Positions 48,810 through 59,867 of a stretch of DNA of 64,000 nucleotides are shown piece after piece. Numbering within the stretch: position 1 is the stretch's first letter; each line of letters begins with the position of its first letter. Under the pieces are notes generated by a model. It saw nothing but the letters and a program-made list of their open reading frames with translations. It was not told where the DNA came from and made no database searches. The DNA comes from Eledone cirrhosa (taxonomy: Eukaryota), in the NCBI GenBank assembly GCA_964016885.1, contig OZ024743.1:183272001-183336000 (forward strand), written 5' to 3'. The position numbers and the translations under genes are program-made.

Positions 48810-49215
48810 TTCAGTATTCATGCCAACCCTTCCCTATGGTCATGAATTTTGGATAATGAACGAAAGAATACGATCGTGAATACAAGGGTCTTTAGAGTAA
48901 GATTATTCGATAGAGTGTGTAGCTCGGAGATCAGAGTGTCACTCCAGGTAGAGCCTCTACTTCTCCAAATTGAGAGATCACAGCTCCGATACTATGAGCA
49001 TGTGGTTAAAATGTCTCAGGAAAGAATCACTCGACAGACTTTACAGGTAAAATCAGCCAAGCAAGATAGCTGGATAACATCAATGAGCTTGGCTGGTCAC
49101 GCTTGGAAATCCAGCTGGCTCAGTTGGAGATGGTTGCTTCTGACAGAACCTGCTGGAAGGAGTGTTTGAAGACTCCGCCCCCACAACTATCTCAGGAATA
49201 AGTGGGTTAAGAAAA
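48810..49215 (+). mobile_element. RTE-type LINE 3' fragment (second family)
   Basis: PTL.YGHE.W remnant and EPLLLQIERSQLRYYEHV. Confidence 0.8.
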
Positions 49216-49234
49216 AGAAAACTGTTTACTCTAC

Positions 49235-49337
49235 CTTTACTCTGAGGTCACAATCAGTAATAGACTGGGACCATGAATAATTTTCTCGCTCAGCTCCGTT
49301 GTAACATTCAGAATCTGCTTGGTAGTTTGAGGGGGAA
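49235..49337 (-). CDS. NUDCD3: NUDCD3 exon
   Basis: 103 nt, phase 2-0. Encodes YQADSECYNGAERENYSWSQSITDCDLRVK (NudC-family NGA..ENY.WSQ motif). Confidence 0.93.
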
Positions 49338-49824
49338 CTGAAATAACAAACATATATTAAACAGTGAACAGAAACCATACCAAAAAGGGTTTAGAGGACC
49401 TTTCAGTCACAACATGACAACCTCTAGTGCTTGTGCTACAAAAAAATGTACCCTGTACACCCTGTAAGGTGACTGGTGTTAGGAATGCCATCCAGCTGTA
49501 GAAATTATGCCAAAAAGGGTTTAGAGGACCCTTCAGTCACAACATGACCTCTAGTGTTGGTGTCATGTAAAATGAACCCGGTAAGGTGGTTGCTGATAGA
49601 AAGGGCATCCAGCTGTAAAAAGCATGGAAATCTCCTTAGTGTTGGTGCTATGATAAAATACATTCAGTACACTCAGTAGAGTGTGGGAACGTTTGTGAGA
49701 TTCAACCCCTAAACCTATCTGAGAGATCAATGGTTCCGATAAAGTATTGACTATCTAACATTTGCTAGCAGGGAAAATAGATCTTAAATAATAATAATGA
49801 TGACAATGGTATCATATCATGACA

Positions 49825-51375
49825 GGGGGTATCATACCAAAAGATTGGTGCAGCAGCATCATTGTCAACTGCTACAAAGGTAAAAGTGATGCACTAGATA
49901 GAAGAAACTATATAGGTATAAAGCTGATGGACCAGGTCATGAATGTAACGGAAAGAGTTATAGCACATTTGATTAGGGACCAGGTAAAACTAAATGAGAT
50001 GCAATTTGGGTTTGTACCAGGAAAAGGCACCACTGATGCCCTCTTCCTTGTAAGGCAGTTACAGGAAAAGTACCTAGCTAAAAGTAAGCCGCTCTACCTG
50101 GCATTCGTCGATCTGGAAAAAGCCTTCGACAGAGTCCCCCGTGCTATAATCTGGTGGGCTCTTAGAAAATTAAGAGCAGATGAATGACTTGTGAAAGCTG
50201 TACAAGCCATGTATAGAGGAGCAGTCAGCAAAGTTAGAGTTAACAATGAATATAGCGAGGAATTTAACATACAGGTCGGTGTCCACCAGGGCTCTGTTCT
50301 TAGCCCTCTCCTGTTCATTTTAGTTTTGCTGGCAATAACAGAGGAGTTTAAGACCGGATGCCCATGGGAACTTCTGTATGCGGATGATCTCCCACTTATA
50401 GCTGAATCCATGGTGGAACTAGAGAAGAAATTCCAAACATGGAAGCAGGGACTAGAAAGAAAGGGTCTCAAACAAGCACCACCAAACTCTGGGAGGGCTC
50501 TGTAGAAACAGTAGACAGCTTCTGCTACCTAGGTGACCGAATTAGCAGCGGAGGTGGGTGTTCGGAAAGTACAATAACTAGGGTAAGAACAGGATGGAAG
50601 AAGTTCAGGGAGCTACTGCCACTGCTAGCTGCAAAAGGCTTTTCCATCAAAATTAAAGGCAGACTGTATGATGCGGGTATACAAACAGCAATGTTACATG
50701 GAAGTGAAACCTGGGCGCTATCTGTAGAAAACTTGCGCAGATTAGAAAGAAACGAAGTCTGCATGCTCCGATGGATGTGTAATAGTAATATACACGAACG
50801 GCTAAGCATAAACGAATTGAGAGAGAGACTGAGCATCAGAGGAATAAAATGCTGTGTGCAAGAGAGGAGGTTACGTTGGTGTGGACAATTGATGCATATG
50901 AAGGATGACAGCTGCATAAAAAGGTGCAGAGCACTAGAAGTTGATGGAAGCCGCAGAGTGGGGAGACCCAAGAAGACCTGGGATGAGGTGATAAAGGCCG
51001 ACCTTACCCAATTGCACCTCTCAAGAGCAATGACACATGACCGTGACTTCTGGCGTCATGCAGTAATACAGAAGACCCGATCACCCACAGGAACAAGCCG
51101 AAGCTGAAGCATATAGACAATATGCCCCCCACCGCAAAAAAGCACCCAGCCCACACTGTAAAGTGGACGCCACGGAAAAAAGCATCCCAGCACTCACTGT
51201 AAATGAGGTTGGTGTTAGGAAGGGCATCCAGCTGTAGAAATCAAGCCAGAATCAGTTCCCGTATGAGCAAGACAAGGTCAGCCGACTGGACACTGCCCAC
51301 AACAGGACAACCCGTCTAACCCATACTAGCATGGAAGAATGGACGTAAAATGATGATGATGAATGATGATGATGA
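49825..51375 (+). mobile_element. 5'-truncated RTE LINE with complete 3' UTR and (TGA)n tail; zinc-finger region deleted
   Basis: ORFs 49819-50187, 50191-50505 and 50439-51107 match the copy at 1-1512. GRPKKTW C-terminal motif. Confidence 0.92.
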
Positions 51376-52543
51376 TACTATTGGCAGTTGTTTTTTTATT
51401 TAACTATTTTTAAAATTTACATTATATTGGATCATATCAAAGTATTTATTTGTAAGAAAAACTCAGTTTTCAATATACAAACTTTTTATTAAATATTGAC
51501 ATTGGGGGAGTTGAATAAAGCAAATCTTAAACATTTTCTTTTAAACAATTGACAAGATCCAAGACCTCATTTGTTTACTGAGTTGGGGTGGGACTCGTAA
51601 AATTGGGCCAAGGAAACAATGTTTCATTGATCTTTCTATTGCTGATACATATACACAGAATATGAAAGGAAAAAAGTAAACTATTCAATAAACATCCAAA
51701 TGATTGAAGAAATATTGAAATGTAGTTGTCCCAATATTGACTGATAATCAATCACTGGAAATAATAGTTGAGAAAATCAGGTAAAATATTTGTGGAGAAA
51801 TAAAAATATGAACAGAGGTGTCACTGTCCACTTTATTATGTCTCTAGTAACTATTATCTATAGTGGACAAAGGTGTCTGTCTACATTAACCCTTTAGAAT
51901 TTACATTACTCTATATCTGCTATTGTATTTTCACAGTAAAGGCTTTACCTCACATAATACTGAATCTACGAGATTTTTATATTATTTATTTTGAAAACCA
52001 TACCTTAACATAAGTATGTCTGCTTTCCCTGCTAATAAGAGTTGGACAGGTCTACATTGATCAAGTCAGTACTGATGAGGAGTTACTGACCTCCTAGTCA
52101 GGCCTGACGTCTACATAGACCAAGTCAATACTGAAATAGGGCTACTGACCTCCTAGACAGGCCAGGAGTCTGTTATCTTGCTTACAAATGGTCTCAAGTT
52201 CTACCAAGTGCACAAAAGAGATTGTCATGTTTTTGACACAACTGAAGGGTCCTCCTAAACCTTTGTTTGGCAGGCTTTATATGGCTGGATACCCTTCCTA
52301 TCACCAACCACTTTACAGAGTTACTGGGTGTTTATCATGTAAATCACCAACACTAGGACACCTATCAAGTCCTTTACACAACTAGACTTTTTTCCATTTC
52401 CTTCAATTTCACCTGCTTAAGAAATGCAGTCACAACCACATATTAAGATAGTAAAGTTTTCTCAACAAAATATGTTTGGAGTGATAAGTGTTCATATGAA
52501 AAAACAATATTGCAAAAAAAAATAAAAAAATTGAGAAACCTAC

Positions 52544-52712
52544 TCAGAACTGCTTTTGCTAGAACTTTCTCCAGTTGCTTTTTTCTCATTCTCAGAAGTG
52601 CCTAATTCTGAAGGTTGTTTGCTCTGCTGTGAATTAACTTCAGATTTTTGGTCCATAGCTTGATTTGTTTTAGATGATTTATTGGGACTTTCAGCTTTTG
52701 AAGTTCTTTTTT
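52544..52712 (-). CDS. NUDCD3: NUDCD3 exon (S/K/E-rich linker)
   Basis: AG/GT boundaries and an open frame. The phase 2 end matches the next exon. Sequence is low-complexity, so homology support is weak. Confidence 0.72.
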
Positions 52713-52949
52713 CTATGAAAAAGAATAGAGGCTTATCATCAAAATTTATCTTTACAGGGTATTATAAAATTATGTTTCCCTTAGATAAAATATATTACAT
52801 TAGCCTAATTTAAAGTGAATAATTGCTTTAGTCTAATTTAAAATAATTAATTGGTTTAGCCTAATTTAAAGTAATTATCTCTTCTTCTTCTTCAGTCATC
52901 CCACCATTGAGGGTGAAGTAAAGTTATCACTCCTATTTAATATTTAGGT

Positions 52950-53128
52950 AAAAGTCCAGGTAATTTAGGGGAAGGGCAAAGTTGATTAAATTAATCCCAG
53001 TACTTGACTGGTATTTTATTTTATCAATCTCAGAAGAAAGGCAAAGTTGACCTTGGTGGGATTTGAACTCAGGACAAATACCTAAATGGCATTTTATCCA
53101 ATGTACTACCAATTCTGCTAATCCACCA
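52950..53128 (-). mobile_element. SINE family A, diverged
   Basis: GGGATTTGAACTC and AAAGGCAAAGTTGACC reverse motifs. Confidence 0.72.
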
Positions 53129-53775
53129 CACTACTATCAAATATTAAAGCAATCTTCTTCTTTGCCCACTTATTCCTTGGAGAGTCATGGGGGCAGGGTC
53201 CTCAAGCATACTTTCTAGTGGGTCCTGTCAGAAGCAACTGTCTCCAATCGATGCAGCTGGATCACTAAAGAATACCAGCTGAGTTCATGGATGTTATTCA
53301 ACCACATTGCTCATGGTCTACCTCGAAGTCTCCTGTCTATGGCATACAACTATGCAACATTTCACATACACACATATACACACACAAATTGGTCAACCTG
53401 GGACTACAGTAGAAGACATTTGAAACATGCTGTGGGACTGAACTCAAAAGTATATGGTTCTCAAGTAAACATTTTAACAAGGTTATCCATAACTATACCT
53501 ATAATTACAATTCCTCATCATCAAATATCTTCCATGTTTGCATATGTTAGACTTGTGCTGAAGTTAGACATGTTAAGTGACTTCATCTTGCTTGTACCCT
53601 CTGTTTGTGTTAGGAAGGGCCTCCAGCCATAGCTATCAAGCCAAAATACAGATCATATGATGCAAAACCTGATCACCTGACCTGACTTGTCTCATAACGT
53701 AACAACCTGACTAACCCACGCAAGCATGGAAAGTTGGCGTTAAATGATGATGATGATGTTTGTTATATATATATA

Positions 53776-53815
<40 letters not shown>

Positions 53816-54039
53816 GTAAACAAACCTCCATATTTCTGCTTCTTAGTGTCAACATCACTTTGGATCATCATTTTCTCTGGATCTTTCTTTGCCATGTCTT
53901 CAAACTGACGGTAGGACTAAAATGAAATGTAAAAATAATGATTTCTTTCCCAGATACAAAATGGATCAAGGTGACTCTAAATAGCACAGATTGGAGCAGT
54001 TCCAGAAAATCTACAAAAGTCATGGCTGCAGTCCATTTT

Positions 54040-55470
54040 TAGAGAAAATAACATATAGCCCACAAGTTACCCTTTGATCTGCCCTAGTTTATCATTTAGT
54101 CAGGAGAAAGGGCAGTGCCCCTGACTCTTTTCAGAGCCTCTAAGACTGGTGGGTAGGAAGGCGGAAGGTGTCTTCAAAGGGACCTACCACAGTGACATCT
54201 CAGACCCCCAAAGACATCAGCTCCCACTCTAAGGGCAATTGAGATGCGGAGCTCATCCTGACTGAGAAGACCAATGTTGGCCACAGACAGGGCATCAGTC
54301 CCCTGAGAACTTTGCACTTGCAGAAAGTAGGCTACACCTTGAAAATTAAATTCATCAAATTGATCAAAAAGAAAGTTAAAAGTTTCGCTCAAACGCAGAT
54401 TGTCCCATACTCTCAGCTTCCACTTATCCTCATCAGTAATAGGAAGTGACAAACCCAGCTCTCTCCACTGTAGTAAAGCTTTATCCATCTCCTTGGTGGA
54501 ACTAGTCCATGTTGGAATGGAGAGGATTTCCATGTGTCTAACACACGTGGGCATGCCCACAAAGTCAGAAAACAGCACAGCTCCCATGACTTTCGGAAAC
54601 ATTTTTTTCACGCTCAGATTTGCTGAAGCATGGAACAAACTACCTGTATCAGTTATTAGCTGTCGAGACACTGCATCCTTTAAAACCTCCATGCTTCCTG
54701 AGATTCGCCAACACTACACCTAATATTCCCCCTCCATACACACGCACCCATGTATATCATGACTCATTCACTATTCACTTCCCTGACATTTGTATATTAT
54801 TCTATGTACTATACATGCACCTTTGATGAGTTTTAGTGCACCTGAGCACTGTACACAATAATTTTCATTATTATTAAAGGAGAGCAAGTGTAGATGGAGG
54901 AAAGAAAGCAAGGTAGAGACAAAGATGAGCATTTGCACAGACTGAGACCTCCAAACTGTTTGGGCAAGGCAGCCTGGTTGCGGGACTCTAGAAAGAATCT
55001 GGCATTGACCAAGCTCTCCTTTAAATTCGGTGATTGTTCATTGTTTGGAACTGAGATGAGCAGTAGTTGGGGTTGAATCAAACAGCTTGAACTGTCATTT
55101 GAGGGAAAGATGTAAGGGATCCAAATTTCGTGTTGGACACGTGGAGAGAGACTAGGGGGAACAAGAATAGTTTCTGCCATTCCGAGATGTCGTTGGATAG
55201 ACAGATGTTCTTTAACAACTTGGAGAGAGCATGGGCAAAACAGGTCCAAGCTCCCTTTGGGATTTGGTCGATGAGTTTCAACTTAAACAAGCCCCAGAGA
55301 CAGTGGCAAAATCCTCAACAGGCATCTGGACATCAGATCAAGGTTCTGACCTGTGAAGTAAGTTGGAGCTGAAATAGCATTGGTTACACGTTCAGTTTGA
55401 ACCTTAGTAATATCAACACAGCTCCCGTGATAACTTAGGCTACATAAGTGACATTTGTCGGTCTTCAAAT
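54040..55470 (-). mobile_element. Decayed CRE-like (RLE-type) non-LTR retrotransposon with the RT core deleted
   Basis: IPKGA...LSKLL..IC..N....W..LFLFP, QAALPKQFGGLSL and ELRISIALRVGA...CHCG segments. PHD-like CHLC...HGSC upstream. Clade assigned from remembered motifs only. Confidence 0.62.
54531..54876 (+). mobile_element. CR1 3' fragment nested in the CRE-like remnant
   Basis: Matches 24727-25070. (TTA)n tail. Confidence 0.9.
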
Positions 55471-56459
55471 ATTGACTTATACAGGAAATGCAGTTATAAC
55501 AAGGTTAAAGTTAACACCTGTGTGAAGAATTATTTTGTGTCAAAGTACTAAAATACTTTAATTTGTAAGACCAAAGGCTTTAGAAATGGACATAAAATCC
55601 ACTTTGAGTAAAATATTTAATGTTAGAAATGGGCATAAAATCCACTTACTTTGAGTAAAATATTTAATGCCATTCCAGGAGGAAATCCTTTGGTGTCATT
55701 TTTATCTCTGAGTAGATGGTAAAAGTCAGTTCTGGAACAATAAAATAAAATATAAAAAAAAAGGTAATGTACAAACTCATAGTTTCCCATAACTGTTAGT
55801 CCAACAGAGAGAGGAAGATGGAGAGAGACAGTTGTAAATTAGGAAATAATACTATTAAAATATACAGAAAAAGGTGAAGTCTCACGATCGGTATTTGAAG
55901 CAGTGATCATGATACATGTATCTCAGTAGGTGTGTGGAAACACCACTAATGTTTCAGATGAAGTCTCACTAAGGGTATATGAAGCTGTGATCAAGATACA
56001 GGTATCTCAGTAACTGTGTGGAACACTACAGTTTTAGGCGAAGTCTTACTATGAGTATTTTAAGCCATCTCAGTGACTGTGTTTCAGGATTTTGTCCATT
56101 TTCAGTGACCTTTATTCACTAGGTATTGAGGCAAAAATAAGTTTATATATATTTTGCATATAGTACATCTAAGGTGATGCTCATTTGCATATAGTGTCAT
56201 GGCACGAGCTTGAAGAACTGGACTTAATTGATAATAACATTAACATGGCCTGATTTATAACGGGGTTTTAACACAGCTGTCGAGGTAGCTGTGGCATCAT
56301 CATCATCATCATCATTGTAACCACAGTCAAACATTCCTGACAAAGTCTCTCCACAATTCCTGATTTTCCATTGCTCCTGGCAACTGCTCCCTACTGAGGC
56401 TTGTATTGTCCAAGAGTTGATTGATGAAGGTTCAAGCAGGTCTTCCTCTACAGCATCTC

Positions 56460-56608
56460 CCATGAATTGGTTCTCACAATAGTAGCTTGTGTATAACTTC
56501 CTCTACTGTGTCTCCCATGAGTTGGTTCCCACAATAGTAACTTGTGTATAACTTCCTCTATTGTGTCTCCCATGAGTTAGTTACCACAACAGTAGCTCGT
56601 GTATAACT
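56460..56608. repeat. About 55-bp tandem repeat x3
   Basis: CCCATGAGTTGGTT..CACAATAGTAGCTTGTGTATAACT repeated. Confidence 0.8.
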
Positions 56609-56609
56609 G

Positions 56610-57296
56610 CTTACTTCTCCAGCAATGCCCTGCAAATCATAACAGTCTTTGAGCAATTGTAGTTGTTATTTTGGGCAAGTTTCTGTATAAACTTTCATTT
56701 GTATTACACTGACACCATTTTATGTTTTGTACAACTCAAAACATTTTAGTGTATGCACCATCTAGTTTCTTCTCAAGTGCTTTTGTCAAGGTCCATGTAG
56801 CTGATCCATAAAACAACACTGATTCAAGTGTTTGCTTCAGAGTCCATGTACCTGATCCATACAACAACACTGACTTAATATATGTTCTGAAGAATGATAT
56901 TTTTCTTTTTCTGGGTAGGACTGACATCCATATCCTTTTCATTTGGTTTATTACAATCGAGACTTTGGAAATTATAATGTCAATATCATTTTTTGATGAG
57001 GGAAGCCATTGTTAATGAACAAGATCTCAGCTTTACAGTGACACAAAGGAAAAGTAATCGAATCCCACTAACTGTTACATGTGATACAGATTTTGCTAAT
57101 GATGTAGCTCTTCTATCAAATACCATTTATCAAGCTTAAGAATGTCTTCATAAAGTCGAATTGTCTGCCAGGAAAATTCGTCTACACATAAATGTTACCA
57201 AAACAGAGTACATGTCACCAAACCAAAAAGATGGAAATCTTGTCACACTGGATGGCGGAATAATAAATCGAGATGGTTTTCTATATTTGGGCAGCT
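56610..57296 (-). mobile_element. Old RTE-like LINE fragment with an inverted 5' segment
   Basis: Minus strand: WLPSSKND...VLLYGSGTWTL...LDGAYTKM. Plus strand 57030-57296: DFANDVALLS...INVTKTEYM...FLYLGS. Confidence 0.78.
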
Positions 57297-58396
57297 TAAA
57301 ATATCCACAGCGAGACTTATAAATGTTTAATATACATAAACATATTGTATATGGTTTCATATAGAACTTCTATAATGAATCAGGTTATGGTAGTTCTGTT
57401 GTTGTTTGTTCAGGTACATTATATTCCTAAGACGGTAGGATGTAATCAGAGGATGATTTGGCTGCTATTTCTAGCGGGTGGGGCCACTACGTCAAGTAGC
57501 CTTCCCTACTGGCTGTTTAGAAGTCATATGTAAATAAATACATGCGAAACAAGCCGAGGGCACTTCTCGGTAATCACCGGATAAACTAAAAATATCAGCC
57601 AAATCTCCTCCAAGCAACATTTTATCATCTTAAAAATAAGGGATGCGGTGAACAATGTATTTTTAGACAGGAAAACCGATGTGAAGGCTATAACTAGATT
57701 GTCTTTAGTGACAGGCCTGCTAAACAATAATAATATATGCTAATATATGTTTATGCATAGATTTAATTATTAATGGAGAATATACGTTGTAGATATAAGT
57801 AAATTCACTGTTTGACTGCATGGTTATACTTTAGAATTGTTAGAACTATGTCTTGGAGACATTTTAAAATAATTAAATGTAGTAAATATACCATTCTTTA
57901 AATATTCCTTCGTAACATGTCTGGATAGCAGGAGGAATAATTAGGACAATATATTTCTGTTAAAACAAACACAAAGGTGCTTTAGTAGGAATGAACGGAT
58001 GGACATTTTATACTGAACAACTGTATTACTTGAAAACAAAGGGGACACATCTAAGGATGAGTCATTGTTTATAAATATAAAGAATATTGTTTTCCTGAAA
58101 GTTCTTTCATACATTTGGCAATAGAGACTTCAACAACGCAGCACAGAGAAGCAGAGTTTAGACATGAATAAATCTTTTAAACAATAAATAATTCTATGTA
58201 GAAGAACTAATTAAATATTTGCTTTTTACCTTCGGTATAGAAATCCCATGATAACATCTAAAAAGGAACCCAACTGTCCCTCTTGTTGCAAGATCCCCAT
58301 AAGGGAATGATCGTACTTCGCGTCCATAATGATACAACTGGAGAAGAGAGAAATAAATAGTCGGAGTTACTTCCCTTCTATTTAGACTTCTCCTGT

Positions 58397-59092
58397 GTCT
58401 GCCATGGAATATTTCCAACATTATTTTAGCTAATACTACCTGATTATATCTACCATAAATATGGAGTATTTTCAAACATTAACTTAGCTAATACTACATG
58501 ACTATGTCTGCCATAAACATGGAGTATTTTTGAACATTATCTTAGCTAATACTACATGATTATATCTGCCATAAACATGAAGTATTTTCCAACATTATCT
58601 TAGCTAATACTACCTGATTATATCTGTCATAAACATGAAGTATTTTCCAACATTATCTGGTGGATTGGCAGTATCGGTAGAGGGTCGGACGCCATGCTTT
58701 CCAGCATAGTTACGTCCCTTTACGATCTGAGTTCAAATCCCGCCGAGGTTGACTTTGCCTTTCATCCTTACGGGGTCGATAAAATAAAGTACCAGCAATG
58801 CACTGGGTAATTGCTGGCCTTGTGCCTAAAGTAGAAACAATTATCTTAGCTAATACTACATGATTATATCTGCTATAAACATGGAATATTTTCCAAAATC
58901 CCGCCAAGGTTAACTTTGCCTTTCATCCTTACGGGGTCGATAAAATAAAGTACCAGTAATGCACTGGTTAATTGCTGGCCTTGTACCTAACATAGAAACA
59001 ATTATTTTAGCTAATACTACAAGATTATATCTGCCATAAACACGGAGTATTTTCCAACATTACCTTAACTAATACTACATGATTATATCTGC
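58397..59092. repeat. 58-bp minisatellite interrupted by SINE-A (58659-58845) and a SINE-A fragment (58897-59003)
   Basis: Unit ATCTGCCATAAACATGGAGTATTTTCCAACATTATCTTAGCTAATACTACATGATTAT. Confidence 0.88.
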
Positions 59093-59867
59093 TTGTTATA
59101 AACATGCTTCAGAGTAACTCCGCTTACCTTATGACCACAGTTTTATATGTGTTGATGGAGCTTTATTCAAGCCACACTCTATTAACCCAATAATATTACC
59201 GAAGCATGACGGATCTTATGTGATCCCTTCATATATTTATATAATTAATTACCAGCCTTTGAGGCAAACACCGTCCAACAATGGCAATTCCAAAATATCA
59301 AATAGCATATGTTAACAATTATCAAATATTAAATAGCATATGTTAACAATTCCGAAATATCAAATAACATGTTAACAATTATCAACATATATTTACGATC
59401 TTGCCATTTAAAATAGGTATTTTTAAGATGAGAAAACAATTTTTAAAATGTGTGCTCATGTATAATATAGAGCACACACTCCACCCCATTTTTAAACACT
59501 TAATTTTAGTTCAAAATATCTAGTATTATCACTGAGACAATACAGTCATTTCATACACATTATTTTCTTATTGAGGTAACACAAATTGGAAATATGTTTT
59601 ATATCTCTAGATCTCAGATGCGTTGTGATTTCACCGTTTCTTCTACAACTAGGACAGTTCTTAGTCCCATGAAATAGATATATCTATGTGCCCTACACCT
59701 AGACCTCTCCAATATGCTCATATCATCCCCACTTACTATGTCTGATCTTACAGATTTTGCACTAAATGCAGAGCCAGACTTTCACCTGCTGAGGCTCTAA
59801 GCTATATGAAATTTAAGACCCTTTTCTACAAAAATGGGGGTAAAATTTTTAAAAATAATTATACATG

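Noticed and set aside
50465-50480. Zinc-finger loss in the RTE copy as a spliced-out intron
   Set aside because: The nearby GT...AG would give ctcaaagaaacaag, but the observed junction is ctcaaacaag, which fits microhomology deletion.
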